Origin: Takakia lepidozioides
Taxonomy: Eukaryota > Plantae > Bryophyta
Reading direction: 5' to 3'
DNA: 64,000 nt
NCBI GenBank assembly: GCA_030704615.1
Contig: CM060734.1
Span: 1,984,001 to 2,048,000, forward strand
The notes under the pieces were generated by a model. That model ran no database searches and was not told the DNA's origin. It saw only the letters and a program-made list of their open reading frames with translations. The position numbers and the translations under genes are program-made. Shown piece after piece: positions 26,611 to 40,289 of the stretch (within the stretch, counting starts at the first letter, position 1; each line of letters starts with the position of its first letter).

Positions 26611-27609
26611 AGGTCTTGTCCATGTCTTGACATGACATAGTATCTTCCCTCTCTTCTTTAGACCAGTGTACTTGGTGGTTCCTGCACACATTATCAACCA
26701 ATCTCCTTTCTTTTTCAAGTTTTATGTTTGATTTACTAACACCTCATTCTGAGCATGACAGAAGGTGATCAAACATGTTCTTGTTTGGAGTGTTGAACCC
26801 AAGGCAATGGGAAGGTCAAAGCCAAGAGATATCAGCCTCCTCTCCCGCCATGACCATGGTGTGGTGCAAGTAAGTCCTTCATAAGGTAAGATCTTATTCA
26901 GCAAAAATATGTTGGCTGATTGGACATGGAGAGTAAGGCATCCTTGAAGGTACCTAAGATAAGCATAGAACATCTATAGGGCTTCTGAGTGCTGATATTT
27001 TGAGCTAGGCCCTGGTAAGTGTTGATGTACCTTCGTTTGTTACAACTTGCCAACTTGGAACATGCCAATGGCAGAAAATTCAAACCTGCCCCCATTGGTT
27101 TTGTACACATGTGGTACCCAAAACATGGGCTAGGTAAACACTAAAGGGCTGATAAAAGTTTCTTTCTTGTTTGTTGCTTCATGAATTTCGGAGTTGAGGT
27201 CCCTTCATTGGCCTCATCTTTCCATTACCAGAGCTTATGTGAAGCTAAAAGGCAAAACTCTACATTCTGATGTAAGTGCTGTTGTACCTTCGCTTGTCCC
27301 TGTTTGTTTTGTTTCTTGACCTGGGAGTGTGGAGATTGAAGGCATATTTATTTTCTATGGTTCATCAGTAAACCAAAAACAAATACTACAAAGTAGAGGG
27401 AGATTCTTTATGAGATGGGGCCTGGTATGCACTCCCTTAGGGGGTGAGTGCATACCACACTCAATCCATAAGGAGCTGCCATACCAGGGGATGGATGGTG
27501 GGTACCCTCTCTCCCTCCTTCCTTGGATCTGGCTGGTTCTATTAAAACTTGATAGTTTAAGACCAATGGTATGTTACCTAACCCCTAATTAACCTTCTTG
27601 AGATTTTTC

Positions 27610-28290
27610 ATCCATATTGGATGATTTCTGGTTACTTTGTGGATGGATTTTGCTGATGGGTAATTAACTGTGAATAAGTTCATCCATAAAGGATGAACTT
27701 TCTACTTTGCGGATGAAATCATAAGTCGGTTGATCTACCTTTGGCAGAATTCATCCATACTGGATGTATTTTTTGGATGAATCAGTTACTGGGTGTTTAA
27801 CCACTTACTTCTGTTCATTGGCACCGGATGAATTTCTTTACTTGACGGATGATGTCATCAGTTGGTTGATTTACTTATGGCAGAATTCATCCATACCGGA
27901 TGAATTTCTATTTTTGGGATGAAATCCTTTGCTGGAAAATTAACCATCCGCCTTAGTTCATCCATACCGGATGAACTTTTTACTTCTTGGATGAAGGCAG
28001 CAAGTGGATTTTTCATTTATCAAAATTCATCCATACCGGATGATTTACTTGCAGGATGAAGTTCGAGTTTGGTTAATTTTTCGGTTATTTACATAACCTG
28101 GATTTTTTATAAGGTCGTGATGTTTTTATCCTAATGAAGCCATCTTATTATTATTATTTCATCCCTATCTGGATGTCATCCTTAGAGGATGACACAGAGA
28201 TGAAAAATCGGGAGCAGATTAACGTTCATTCGTTAATTTCATCCTGCTTGGATGAAATATCGGTGGATTTGATCCCGCGTGGATGAAATC
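27610..28290. repeat. GGATG/CATCC palindromic array (AATTCATCCATACCGGATGAATT units)
   Basis: Units at ~27680, 27748, 27883, 27957, 28024; related arrays at 30600-30830 and 39440-39640. Confidence 0.85.
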
Positions 28291-28979
28291 ACGGGAAATC
28301 GCACTTCATCTCCTCCCTGCCCTAACCTTCTGCACGACGATCGTGCTTAAGGGATGGCGGGAGCTGAGAGATGGTGGCGGAGTGTCCATTGAGCCCGATT
28401 CAGGCGCCCTTGAATGCTATGGAGCTGCGTCATTAAGGCCTGTAGGTGTTCTGGCAAGATTCCCCTCTTGGGGTGTGCAATGGCGGCAGTACCTGCAATT
28501 TCCCTGTGGCGGTTGTCTCTCATGTTTGGCGGACAATCTACCTAGGCTGTGTTTGCTTGCTGTGACCTTCATTGATCATCAAGATACAGCGGCGCATCTT
28601 AAGACCTCAGGGAAGTGACTGAACCCTTTAAAATGTTTGGGCAATTCACTTTCTTTGTGCATTCTTGTTTGTTGGTCTTGGGAGCCATGGCGCAGGCCTC
28701 TCTTCCGCAAGCCATCAAGGTATTGGCTTGTACATGCTCTGTTTCCTTTCTGCCCTTGCTTTGGGATGCATGTTGTACAGCGATAACAAGCGTGAGACCT
28801 GTGATTCACCTGGGGTTCCACATCTTCTCTAACTTTGAATGTTTTTTATTTCATGTGATGGGACCAGGTGAGGGTCCTCACTTAATATGAATTTTAAAGC
28901 TTGAAGTTGATTGGAATCGAGTTGAAGATGCGACGGCATGACATCTGTATCTTTAGGGGAGAAAAATCTTTTCTTCCTC

Positions 28980-29665
28980 TTTCCCTTTATCTTGATGGCT
29001 CTTGTTCTCAACCTGGTATGGTGGACACTCAGTCATTAGGGTGTTTATCTCTTGTTCCCTGTGGCATCTTGTTGTGACAATGGAGCAATTATGTGGCAAG
29101 CTGGCGGCTTTAAGATATCTGGGGCCAAGCAGCAACGTAGGGCAGATCTGTTTTTTGACCAGACAGTGTTCTTTACTTTAAAGCTTTGTAAGCTTGGCCT
29201 CTTTTAGGAGCTGGCTGCTTTAGGACCTCTGGTGCCATGCGAAATTGATATGGCTGGCTCTTCTTTGGCCAGATATGGTCCCTGGTTACATGCCCTTGGT
29301 TGCTTGGCTTTTTTAATGGACAATGTCCATGGTGATAAGCCATTATTGGTTGTGAAGAAGCTGATTCAGGACCTGTGTTCAGGTTGCTTTAGGATAAATG
29401 ATACCAAGGCAGCCTGCTGGCCTGATGGAATGAACAATTCAGACCCTCTGTGTGTTGTTTTATGAATGATTGCATGGCCTGCAAATCTGATTACAGCCTG
29501 TTATGGTAATGATACCCTAACCCCAGACATAGAACTTGGTCTTGGGGCATAGAACATGGTGTGGGAACACTACTCTACCCTGTCATTGCATTAGCCCCAA
29601 ATCTAAAACAGATCATGGGGCAAAAAACATGGTGTCAGAACATGACTTGATTGACTTGTTTTGAC
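28980..29665. repeat. Direct repeat, with its copy at ~38107-38805
   Basis: Near-identical sequence, also visible as duplicated spurious ORFs (MLLGPRYLKAASL..; ..GCLAFLMDNVHG..). Confidence 0.92.
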
Positions 29666-32109
29666 CTCTATATGGCCATGGTGATGGTGCAGCCCTGATA
29701 TGGTGATGGTGTTAAACAAAGGAACGCTGAAAACTTTGTCAGAATTTCCATGTAATCATGGACACTGACCAAACCTGAACTAGGTCTTGGGGCAAAGAAT
29801 AGAGTATCTGATTACACCCTGGTGTGTAAGCTGCCAAAACAACAGGCTGCAACCTTGATAAGGTGCTGGTGGTAAACAAAAGAAAGCTGGAACTTTCAGG
29901 CCTTCGATGGTTATGCTTTGATGTATAAACTGCCATAAAAAACAGTTTGCAGCCCTGATATGGTGATGATTGTAAACTAAGGAAAGCTGGAACATTGTTT
30001 TCAGGCCTTCTGTGTAATCATTGGTAGCATTCTTAGCAAGCTGAAAATGTATTTCTTGCTATGAACAGCGGTAAATGGACCTCTATATGGTCATGGTTAC
30101 TTGTGGGTCAATCACCTTGGTATGGCACTTGGTTTCCAGGCCTTCTATAAATCATTGGTGCGTTTTTGAGCAAGCTGAACATGAAGTTCTTGCTATGAAC
30201 AATGGTAAACGGGTCTCTACATTTTCCCACCCCCCCACCCAGGGATTTCATTGACTTTGAAGTCCGGGGTTTGTCATAAAGCTGACTTGTGAATGAAGAA
30301 TGGTTGATAATGCCTTTGTTATGAGGCTGATTTGTCATTAATCTGACTTGTGAATGAAGAATGGTTGATAATGCCTTTGTTATGAGGCTGATTTGTCATT
30401 AATCTGACAATGACCTTGCTGCTGCTCAGCCCCCCCCCGCTGGCCTTCTTGGTTTTTTTCATTTCCATCAAGTTGTGGAGAGAGGGGGAGTTTTTTTTTT
30501 TTTTTTTTTGGTTTTTTCCCCTCATCTCTCCCTCTGTCAACTGGGTCTATGGAATTGTTATCCCAACTTCCATTTTTTTTTCTACGATCGAGGGTTGCAT
30601 GACAAACAGGATGAAAATCATCCGGTTTTCATCTCAAATACCTAGGCTTCATCCAATTTTTCATTACAGCCTATCCTAATTTCATCCAGCCTATACGGCA
30701 GCTGTGATGAATTTCACCTAGGTGAGATCTCTCGATGTTTTTCATCCTACTGTAAATGAAAATCATTAACTGACTTTCTGTCAGCCGATATCAGTGCTGA
30801 AAGGGATGAAAATCATCTTGCCACTGGATGACTGTCGTGACCTGACAAGGTGTTGTTACTGCAAACCCTATCCCCGCCTCTTGCGTTGAAGAATCTCGCG
30901 ATGGCAGCCCCGAAGAAGATGAATTCGTGCTGCATTTACGTTGCGCTGCCGCTTCCAGGTCTTTTTAAAGCCTCTATGAATGTCGCCCTCATGGATTCTT
31001 TAAGGAGACGGCGGTCTTTGTAATATGCGGGAAGGCCCTTTGCTTTGTTTTTTGCTGCAATAGGGAACAGATGGCAGTAATGGCTGATTACTGCCTAACT
31101 TTTTTTGGGGGATTCCCTATGAATCCTTCCCCCTGGATCATTGATGAACGACAGCGCTCCTATCTGTACACAGGAAGTCCCCCTTCCCTTTAAAAATCTT
31201 GTCATGCTTGATACAGCTCTCTTTCTTGTTCAACTTTGATTTGCAAGGATCGGCTGCTGTTAGGTGTCTAAGCTGTGGTGTTATCCGAGGCTTTATTTCC
31301 AAATCAGCTGGGTTGAGGAGCTATGGCTACCATCCCCCAAACACTAAAAAAGGTTTTTTGTGTTTGGTGTTCTTCCCTAAATTTCATGGTATTCTCTCTA
31401 CTTAGAATCTACATGTTTGACATGGATAGCAACTGTGAACGCCTGCCACTCACCTCGTGCATCCTCACTAACACACAATTTTTTGTGGTGGTTTTTGGGA
31501 CGGGCACAGGTGAGGGCATTCACCTTTCATGATGATTGCTAAGGTCTGCAGGATACCAGGTGGTTTTCAAGGGAATGAAGATGTCAGTCAGCCGCTGTGG
31601 GTTCATCATGGAATGTCGAAAAGCCAGCGACTTTCTGGGTTGTCAGTCAGCCGCTGTGGATTCATCATGGAATGTCGAAAAGCTAGCGACTTTCTGGGTT
31701 TTTCAGATCCATCTTCTTCTAGTTTTCTTTACTTTTGAGCAGTATATATGACAGGGGTAATCACTTCCAGAATGTACGGACCCTTCTAGTGTTGGCATTT
31801 TGAGCTGGGATGTATGTGTGTGATATACACATCCTTGACTGTACTTTCAATCATTTCTAGAAGAGTGATTAAGCGACGCCTGTTTGCATTGATAATTAGG
31901 GCTGTGATGTATGTGTGGGACACGTACATCCTTGAATACACCCTGATTTGTTTTGCCCCCTGTTTTACATGTGATACCTGGTTGATACACCCAAACCTAA
32001 CATCTGCAGTTACTTTTAGATAATAAGGCTTCTGGGATAAACATATCTGTGCTGCATGTCTTTTTACAACAACATTTTGGGTACCAATGAAGCAAAGTTT
32101 CCTTTCATG

Positions 32110-32810
32110 TCTTAGCATCAGCCGTAGATTAGGATGCTATACCACCTGGATATGTGCATGACATGCATTGAGAGTTTGCAGAACCAGATCCCAGTATGGT
32201 TTTCTCAATGTTGGTAGCTTGTACCAGGGTCTGGGTTGATTAGACTATGTAAACACAGGGACATCAATACCTGATGCCTCAACCATTCATGGTCATTCTG
32301 ATGCCAATACAAAATGACATTGGTATGTCTGGCTACTGTATTTTTCAAAATTCCCAGGTGTTGTGAAAGAGCTCTTTTTCCTGCTGTGGTGTAACTGTCT
32401 GAAATGCCATGTCAGGAGCTTTGATTTGCATCTGCAACAGTTTTTGAAGGTCTTTTCCCTTCATAACTTAGCATCTGCTGTAGTTTATGGTGCTAAAACA
32501 ACCTAGATATATGCATATAATGCACTAATACTTTGCAGAACCAGATTCCAGTATGGTTTGTTTCAATGCTGATAGCATCTGCCATGGTCTGGATTAATTT
32601 GACTACATGAACACATGGGCATCAATACCTGATACCTCAACCATTCATGGTCATTTCTGGTGCCAGTAGGAAATGTCTCTGGCATGTTTGGTTACTGTAT
32701 TTTTTGAAGTACCCAGGTGTTATGAAAGAGTTCTTTTTCTGTGGAGTAACTGTCTGATGTGCTTTGTCTTGAGCTACTATCTGCATCTGTAAAAGTTTTG
32801 AGGGGCTTGT
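32110..32810. repeat. Two-copy ~356-bp tandem duplication
   Basis: CTTAGCATC..TTTGCAGAACCAGAT..CATCAATACCTGAT..CCTCAACCATTCATGGTCATT..CCCAGGTGTT..GAAAGAG at ~32111 and ~32467. Confidence 0.85.
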
Positions 32811-33384
32811 ACAATCTGGAAATATTTATCAGTGATGTACAACCCTCTTATAAAACTTTCAGTATAGTCTTTTCAATACCATTAACTGCTGCCTGGGTTT
32901 AAGGTACTTAGCCAACTTGGAAAAATATGCATCAATGACTGATGCCTACGATTTTCCGGGGATTTATTTTATACCACTTTAAACTGATACTGGCATATGG
33001 ACTCTGTAATTCTGAGGTACCCTGGCTCCTTCTTTTTTTGATGTGCAGCTCATGTGTTTTTGATAATCTCATCAACACATAAGATATGGTGTAAAATTGT
33101 ACTGTACACCTGTGTGTTTGATCTTCAGATGCATCTGCTATGATATAGCTGTGCCGTGGCCCATAGTATTTATACCAATCTGCATACATAAGCATCAACA
33201 CCTGATGCTTAGACCTTTCAGAGGCATAATACCAGTATGATACCCTGCTGGCTTTATCAAAGTACTTAGTCCTTAAGGTAAATACTTTTTTAAGATCAGA
33301 TGAGGGGTTATGATAACCTGCAACACCGTGATGTAGAAAGTTACTTTACTAAACTGTTTGATGCCTCTGATACCCTTTCAAAAA

Positions 33385-34060
33385 TATCAAGTTCTTATCG
33401 CCTTAGCTGCCATATATAATTATCATATACATCAACTAGATGTCCAGACTGCTTTCCTCCATGGACATCTCCAAGAGGAGATCTATATGCAACAGCCCCC
33501 GGGTTATGTTCAACCTGGATGCGAGGCCAAAGTATGTAGATTGTTGAAAACCCTTTACGGGTTGAAACAAAGTCCACGGATGTGGTACGAGAGGTTTAAT
33601 AACCATCTTTTACAAATAGGTTACACAACGTGCCTTGGAGATCCCAATGTTTATGTTAGGAGAACGAAGGAAGGAACATTTGTTCAACTCAGACTCTATG
33701 TCGATGACTCATTGGTTGTATCACCTAATTTGCAATATCTAGAACAATCCAAGGCGGAATTGGCAAATGAGTTTGCCATGACCGACGGTGGAGATGTTGA
33801 GTACTGTCTCGGCATTCAGGTGATAAGGAACAAGACTACAAAGTCCCTCCTACTCAGCCAAGCCAAATACATCTCCAACATCCTTGCGAAATACAATATG
33901 GTTGATTGTACCCCTAGCTCTACCCCGATGCCACGTGGATTTAAATTATCCAAAACAATGTGCCATGTGACACCTGCCGAAAAGCTTGCAATGGAAGTTG
34001 TTCCCTATGCTAATGCAATTGGCAGCCTCATCTACTTGGTCACCAATACTCGACCCAACC
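33385..34060 (+). pseudogene. Ty1/Copia reverse transcriptase fragment
   Basis: HQLDVQTAFLHG, EEIYMQQPPG, LLKTLYGLKQSPRMW, LYVDD, YANAIGSLIYL..TRP. Confidence 0.95.
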
Positions 34061-35039
34061 CTCCCCCTGGGTTTTTTTTAAAGAATTTCTTCTTGTTTTG
34101 GCCTAAGTGGAAACAGCAGCGACAGCAGCACAATTGATAGAACAAGGCACTGCTAATGAAGGCACCTTCCTCAACACATTTCAGCCTGTTTTTAACAATT
34201 TTGTCAATGGAAAATAAAAGTATTTTTTATTTGTCACACAAGTTTTTTTGAATTTTTTGAAATCTGATCTATAATTTGTCCATAATTTTGTATCAGAAAT
34301 TACACATAAGTGTTTGTTGGACTAAAGTGAGGATTGGTGTGTCACAACTTGTTTTAGATCGAAAGCTGAAATACCTTGCTCAGCAGCCCCTGACAGCTTT
34401 GCATTCCTCAAAGGAGGCGGATTATGTGCTACTCTATTGGTACTGGGAGGACTGCCTGAAACGCAGGTGTGCCATGCAAATGTTTCGATTGTAGGTTGTT
34501 TGTCAAGTAATATAGAAGCATGGATCATTGTAAGACTTGAAAGATGAGGGGTGTTGAAGAGGCAGCATGCTTAAATGATTGTTGTTAAGTATGACTTGTA
34601 GTGTTCTTCAGCACTTCCCGAGTTGCAATCCAGAGTAAACTACTGTCAGGCAAGTTTTAACAAGGCACCAGGAGGGGTATGAAAGGAGGCTTTAAGCTGG
34701 TCAAGTGTCTTACACATTTGGAGTTTGAATTGCCATTGGGCTTAATATGAACATTTCAATGAAGCGTCACTTGGAAATCGTTTGGTAGCAAGTAGATCTA
34801 TGCGCAATGATGCATGCCTTTGCCATGCTGCTGCTTCTGTTCATGTGCAGGGTCTGTATACTGATTTTGTGTAGTATGTGTAGTATGTACGTATGTATGG
34901 ATTTTTAGAATTGCAGTATGTTCCTATGAGCAGCACTACATTTCCAGGAGTGTACACAATGTCACAGGCATATGCAGAAGCACAGTCAGAGTGTGAACAA
35001 TCCCTCACCCTAGACTCCCAAAATCTGTGAACTTTCCCA

Positions 35040-35553
35040 CCCACATGTGGAATCACCCACACTGGCGTCATTGGCCACAACCACCCCCTCGCACGTGTCA
35101 TTGCGTCCTCACTCCACGTGGGCCCTCGGTTTTCAATAATCCACGTGTCATCCCAAAATTATTCCACGTGGCCACCGCAACCATGTCAAAAAATCCACGT
35201 GTCATCCCCCTATTATTCCACGTACCCCTGTGCCATGTCCAAAATACCACGTGCCGCTACGACATTATTCCACGTCGCGTGGCAGGAGCGATCCAGGGCT
35301 GCCACCTGCCGTCTCCTCCACGTGGCGCGTTGCAATGTCCAGGTGGCATGACACGATGGCATGCCCAGGTGGCCAGCCACGGCCACCATTGTCCATGTCA
35401 GCTGTGGATGAAGTGTTGCATGGTCGTTTCCACAGAGCCACCGTTTGCAACAGGTGTCCGAATCTTCACGTCTGCTGAGGGTGTGACCCCTGGCTGTTTT
35501 CACACCAAATTGTATGAATTAGGCCGTGGCAAAAACCAGTTTGTGTCGTAGTG
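35040..35553. mobile_element. Right end of a CACTA element with CCACGT-rich subterminal repeats
   Basis: Terminates in TTTGTGTCGTAGTG; multiple TTATTCCACGT/CCACGTG repeats. Confidence 0.7.
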
Positions 35554-35559
35554 TGTGCT

Positions 35560-38100
35560 TTGGGAATGTCTGTGTCCTTTTGCATTTGTTTTATGGATTC
35601 TACTACTTCCTTATGTAATTTTCTTTCATCAATTCATTGGAATGGTGTCATCTTCCTCCTCCTCAGATTCTTCTTCTTCTTGGCCCTACTCCTGGTTATC
35701 ACCATAGCTTCCACTTCAAGTATTCGACATAGTTTTACCATGTTCACTGCAACATTAGCTACTGGTGCTACAGGGTTTCTCATTTCTGCTTGATGCTTAA
35801 TCCATAAAGCACAAGCAAGCTTCTTATGTCCTGGCTGCTTACAATAGAAGCAAACTTCTTCTCCATCAGGTCCTCGTCCTTGATCTCTTCTGGGATCTCT
35901 GTGTTATGGTCCATTGTTTCTCTGGTAGTGATTCCGATTAGGTTGGTAACCTCGTTGATTATAACCTCCCTGATTATAACCTCCCTGATAACCCCCTGGA
36001 TTATTTCTTTCCTGTGGGTAGTTTCTTCTCCCTGCTCCTGCATATCCTCTGTGGGCAGGAGGATTTCTTGGGTTTGGACCTGCATATTGATTTTCTTTAT
36101 GTTGTGGTTGTGCTTGATGCACACCTATAGCTTGATTGTCCTGAGGTGCTATGTTCTTCCTGTTATAGAAACAAGTATCTGTATTGTGGTTAGTCATCTC
36201 ACAGATGGCACAATATTTTCCTTTAGCATGGCATTCTGCCGTGCTATGTCCTTCATTACTGCACTTGCCACACCAGACACCTTTCCTCCAGTTGGCTGCT
36301 GCCTCACCAGCAAATTTCTTCATTGCTTCTGCAATTTTATTCTCAATTTTGGCTGCCTCTAATATTCCCTTCTTCTTTTTCTTCTTAATCTCTTCCTCAT
36401 CATCAGATTCTTCGTCTAATTCATCTTCCTTTCTTTCATTCTTCCGTAATGCTCTGCCTAATTCTACTTTTTTAGCAGAGGTTACTGCTTCATCCAGAGT
36501 GTCATTTGGTAGTATATCTAACTTTCTCTATATTTTTGGTCTTACTCCATTAATGAACCATGTCTTTTACAGATCTCCCTGTGGTGCTGCTCCCAACTGC
36601 TTGATTAACAAGCCCATCTTTTCGAAATACTCTTCCACCGTTTCATGTTTCTTCTGTTTGAATGTCTGAAGTCTACTGTAGACTTCTCCTATTGTTTTTA
36701 CTGGTTCTGAATCTTGTTTGGAATGCAGTTCGTAGATCATTCCATGCAGCAAAATGATTGTTTGGAAACTGCGCGTACCATTCTTTGACTCTTTTTGTTA
36801 GTGAACAAGGGAACATCCTCAACCTTGCTGCATCATCATTCTCATTGTTGACACTGCATATGTGCTCAAACTGGTTGATAGCATATCTGGATCCCCCTTT
36901 CCACTATATACTGGAAAAGGTGGTCTCATCCTTGTAGCTGCTGGTGCTGCCATAATTGGTTGTACTGGTGGTACCTGTGTATCTGTCCTGTTCCTGTTGG
37001 TACCTGTGGTATTTGTCATGTACCTGTTGGTTGTACTCCTCCTGAATTTCCTGTTCCTATTGGGGGTACTGTTCCTGTTGGTGGTACTCCTCCTGAACTT
37101 CATGTTCCTGTAGTTGTAGTTGCTACAGTTAGATTGCTGCTGGATCCCCTTAATCCTTGGAGAAGAGATTCAAGACTTCCGCCTGCTCCTCCTCCTATCC
37201 CTCCACTGCCAGTCAGTAATCCAAGTGCACTACTTGATTCTGCTGCAGGGAGTAAGGGTCCTCCAGTGCCTGATCCTGCAGTCTCTACTGGCTCTATCTC
37301 CATTCTTGTTCTCTCAAGATTCCGATATCTGAAGGTTCTTCTGTTTCACTTACTATACTTAAATGCGTTGCAGGTTGAGAGTCTCTACTCCCACCAGCAT
37401 CCTCCTCCTCATCTTCTTCGTTGGCAGGTGTTTGAGAACTTGGTGTTGCTCCTCTGGGTGTACCATGCCAGCTCTGGCTATAAAATTCTGTCAAATCCCT
37501 TGCCCATGGGTTCTTTTCTGGTTTATCTACTGGTGATCTTTCTTCCTCTCTTTCTAAATCTCGCAGTCTTTCCTGTAAGGAGTAAGAAGGTGTGGTTCCG
37601 GAGAAAGGATCTCCATATAAAGGTGATGTTTCTCCTGTCTTCGGTGGACTGAGAGGTTCACTAGATGATTTTCCTATGTCTATTCTCTTTTCCCCACCGT
37701 AAGTTAGCTTTTAAATAGCTTTCCCTTTTTGCCGTATATTTCTCTCTCTTTTCTCCTCTTTCATCACTCATACCCATATCTTTCACGTCTCTCATGAGGT
37801 AATACTCCTATCTCCCTTCTATAGTACCTTTCATATATCCCTGGATTCCTTTCTAACTTTAACTGCTCACTAGTAACAGACACAGGTCCTGCTATCATTA
37901 ATGTTCTTGGTAAACAGCTTTGGAATTTAGTGCCAGGTGTTAGCTTTATCCATAGTATATCTCTTGGTATCCATTTTTTTATTAGTGTTAAGTATTCCTC
38001 CCTCATGAATATAGACCTTCAATCTCTTTTCTTCCCAGCTTTCAAGTTCTACTCTTTGTACTCCTAACAGGGCTATGACATAAGTCAGTGTAGGTAACCA
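35560..38100 (-). mobile_element. Gypsy gag fragment related to the element at 540-10620
   Basis: RPPFPVYSGKGD vs RPPFPLYDGKSD; QKKHETVEEY vs QKKKELVVEY; zinc knuckles CGKCSNEGHSTAEC and CAICEMTNHNTDTC. Confidence 0.85.
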
Positions 38101-40289
38101 TCTTACCTCTTTCCCTTGATCTTGATGGCTCTTGTTCTTAACCTGGTATGGTGGACACTCAGTCATTAGGGTGTTTATCTCTTGTTCCCTGTGGCATCTT
38201 GTTGTGACAATGGAGCAATTATGTGACAAGCTGGCAGCCTTAAGATATCTGGGGCCAAGCAGCAACGTAGGGCCGATCTGTTTTTTGACCAGACAGTGTT
38301 CTTTACTATAAAGCTTTGTAAGCTTGGCCTCTTTTAGGAGCTGGCTGCTTTAGGACCTCTGGTGCCATGCGAAATTGATATGGCTGGCTCTTCTTTGGCC
38401 AGATATGGTCCCTGGTTACATGCCCCTTGGTTGCTTGGCTTTTTTAATGGACAATGTCCATGGTGGTAAGCCATTATTGGTTGTGAAGAAGCTGATTCAG
38501 GACCTGTGCTTAGGTTGCTTTAGGATAAATGATACCAAGGCAGCCTGCTGGCCTGATGGAATGAGCAATTCAGACCCTCTTGTGTTGTATTTATGAATGA
38601 TTGCATGGCCTGCAAATCTGATTACAGCATGTTATGGTAATGATATCCCTGCCCCAAACATAGAACTTGGTCTTGGGGGATAGAACATGGTGTGGGAACA
38701 CTACTCTACCCTGTCATTGCATTTACACACCAGCCCCAAATCTAAAACAGATCATGGGGCAAAAAACATGGTGTCAGCACATGACGTGATTGACTTGTTT
38801 TTGACCGCAACACCTGCAATTACTTGGTCATCTACAAGCTACAGAGTTCAAATCAAGTGAAGATCCTCACCTGGTCCCATCACAAGCCCCCACAAAAACC
38901 AACGGGTTGTGAGGATTGTGGAACCCCAGGTGAATCACAGACCTTCACGTTTGTTATCGCTGTCAGAAGAGAATTCTAGAGCATGCAGAGGTTACAAATC
39001 AACAGATTTGTAAATACAGATCACAAGCAAAACAGATTGGCAACTCCACAATCGAAACCTTAATCGTTTGTGGGATGGGGCTCTTTGTCATAGCGTCCAG
39101 AACCTGCTTCTCAATTGAGCAAACCAGAATAGGAGAATGGAAAACAAGATGCATCTTTATCAGTAGAGAGCACTTCCCCTATCTCCTTAAGGGCATCGTT
39201 GCTTCATAATTGGACACTGAAGTTGCTTCGCAAGCAATCACAGCGTATGCCGCTTGCTTAGCGCGGGAAATGCAAGTACAAGCCGTCTGTGCGCATCCCG
39301 AGAAATGTCAGCAAGCACGAGGATCCCGTTGCTTCAACACTTAAGTGCCTTCGTCTTCTCGCATAGCAAAAAAGCCAGCACTGGTATGGTGCGAAATTTA
39401 GGGCAGATAGACGAGAATGTGCTCAAAACCCGAGATTTCATCCAATAGGGATGAAATCACATCCAGGTATTAGGGTTACAATAGGGTTACATCAGGGTTA
39501 CATCCGGTATGGATGATACCTGTTACGGATGAGAAACCACGTTTTAAAGCTTTCAGTGAAAAATCTCAGGACCCCAGACAGAAAGCATCTATAATCGATG
39601 TAATCCTGTATGACTTTCATCTAGTAGGGATGAAATCCATGTAAGGGATTAGCATTTCATAACAGAAAACCAATCCATAGAGGTATTGGTATAGCAAGAA
39701 TCCCAAAAAATATATGGAGGGAGGGAGAGGGAGGGAGAGATGAGGGATAAAAAATAAAAAAGAAGGTTGAGGGGGGGGAGGTGAGCAGCAGCTGCTGCTC
39801 AGTCCCCCCCCCCCTTCTTTTTTATTTTTTATTTTTTCTCAACACTCCCTCTCTCTCCACATCCTGATGGGACATAGGGAAGATACTTTTGTCATGTCAA
39901 GACAAGGACAAGACCACTAGGTCTTAGTCAAAAAGTGAGAACATAAGCAGGATTCAGATAACCAAAGGGTACTTACATAATGATCCCTTAAGAATCCAAG
40001 GTTGCAACAAAGCTAGGTGTAAGACTTTGTTCTGAAAATTTCAAAGGTATGGGTGGGATGGTGGGATATTCTTAGTAAAAACAAAGACAGATCAGCCACT
40101 TTTCAGTGGCACCATCCATCAATACCTTAAGAAAAAAACCCGAACCAGCTTCAAACATGATCAAGGGTATACATAAGTAAGTCCTTGATAGAAACCATAG
40201 AGAGTAAATACCAGCAGATACTAGCAGATACCATCAAATACCAGCAGGTACCTTTCCAAGGTAGGGGTGGGATGGTAGGATCTCATCCA

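Noticed and set aside
28850-28890. TPP riboswitch or miR166 (GGGACCAGG similarity)
   Set aside because: Lacks the GGGUGC/CUGAGA/AACCUGA core of the TPP aptamer, and shares only ~8 nt with miR166.
28725-28895. H/ACA snoRNA (ANANNA box between two stems)
   Set aside because: No ACA box after the 3' hairpin in any copy, and the bulge is one-sided rather than a bipartite pocket.
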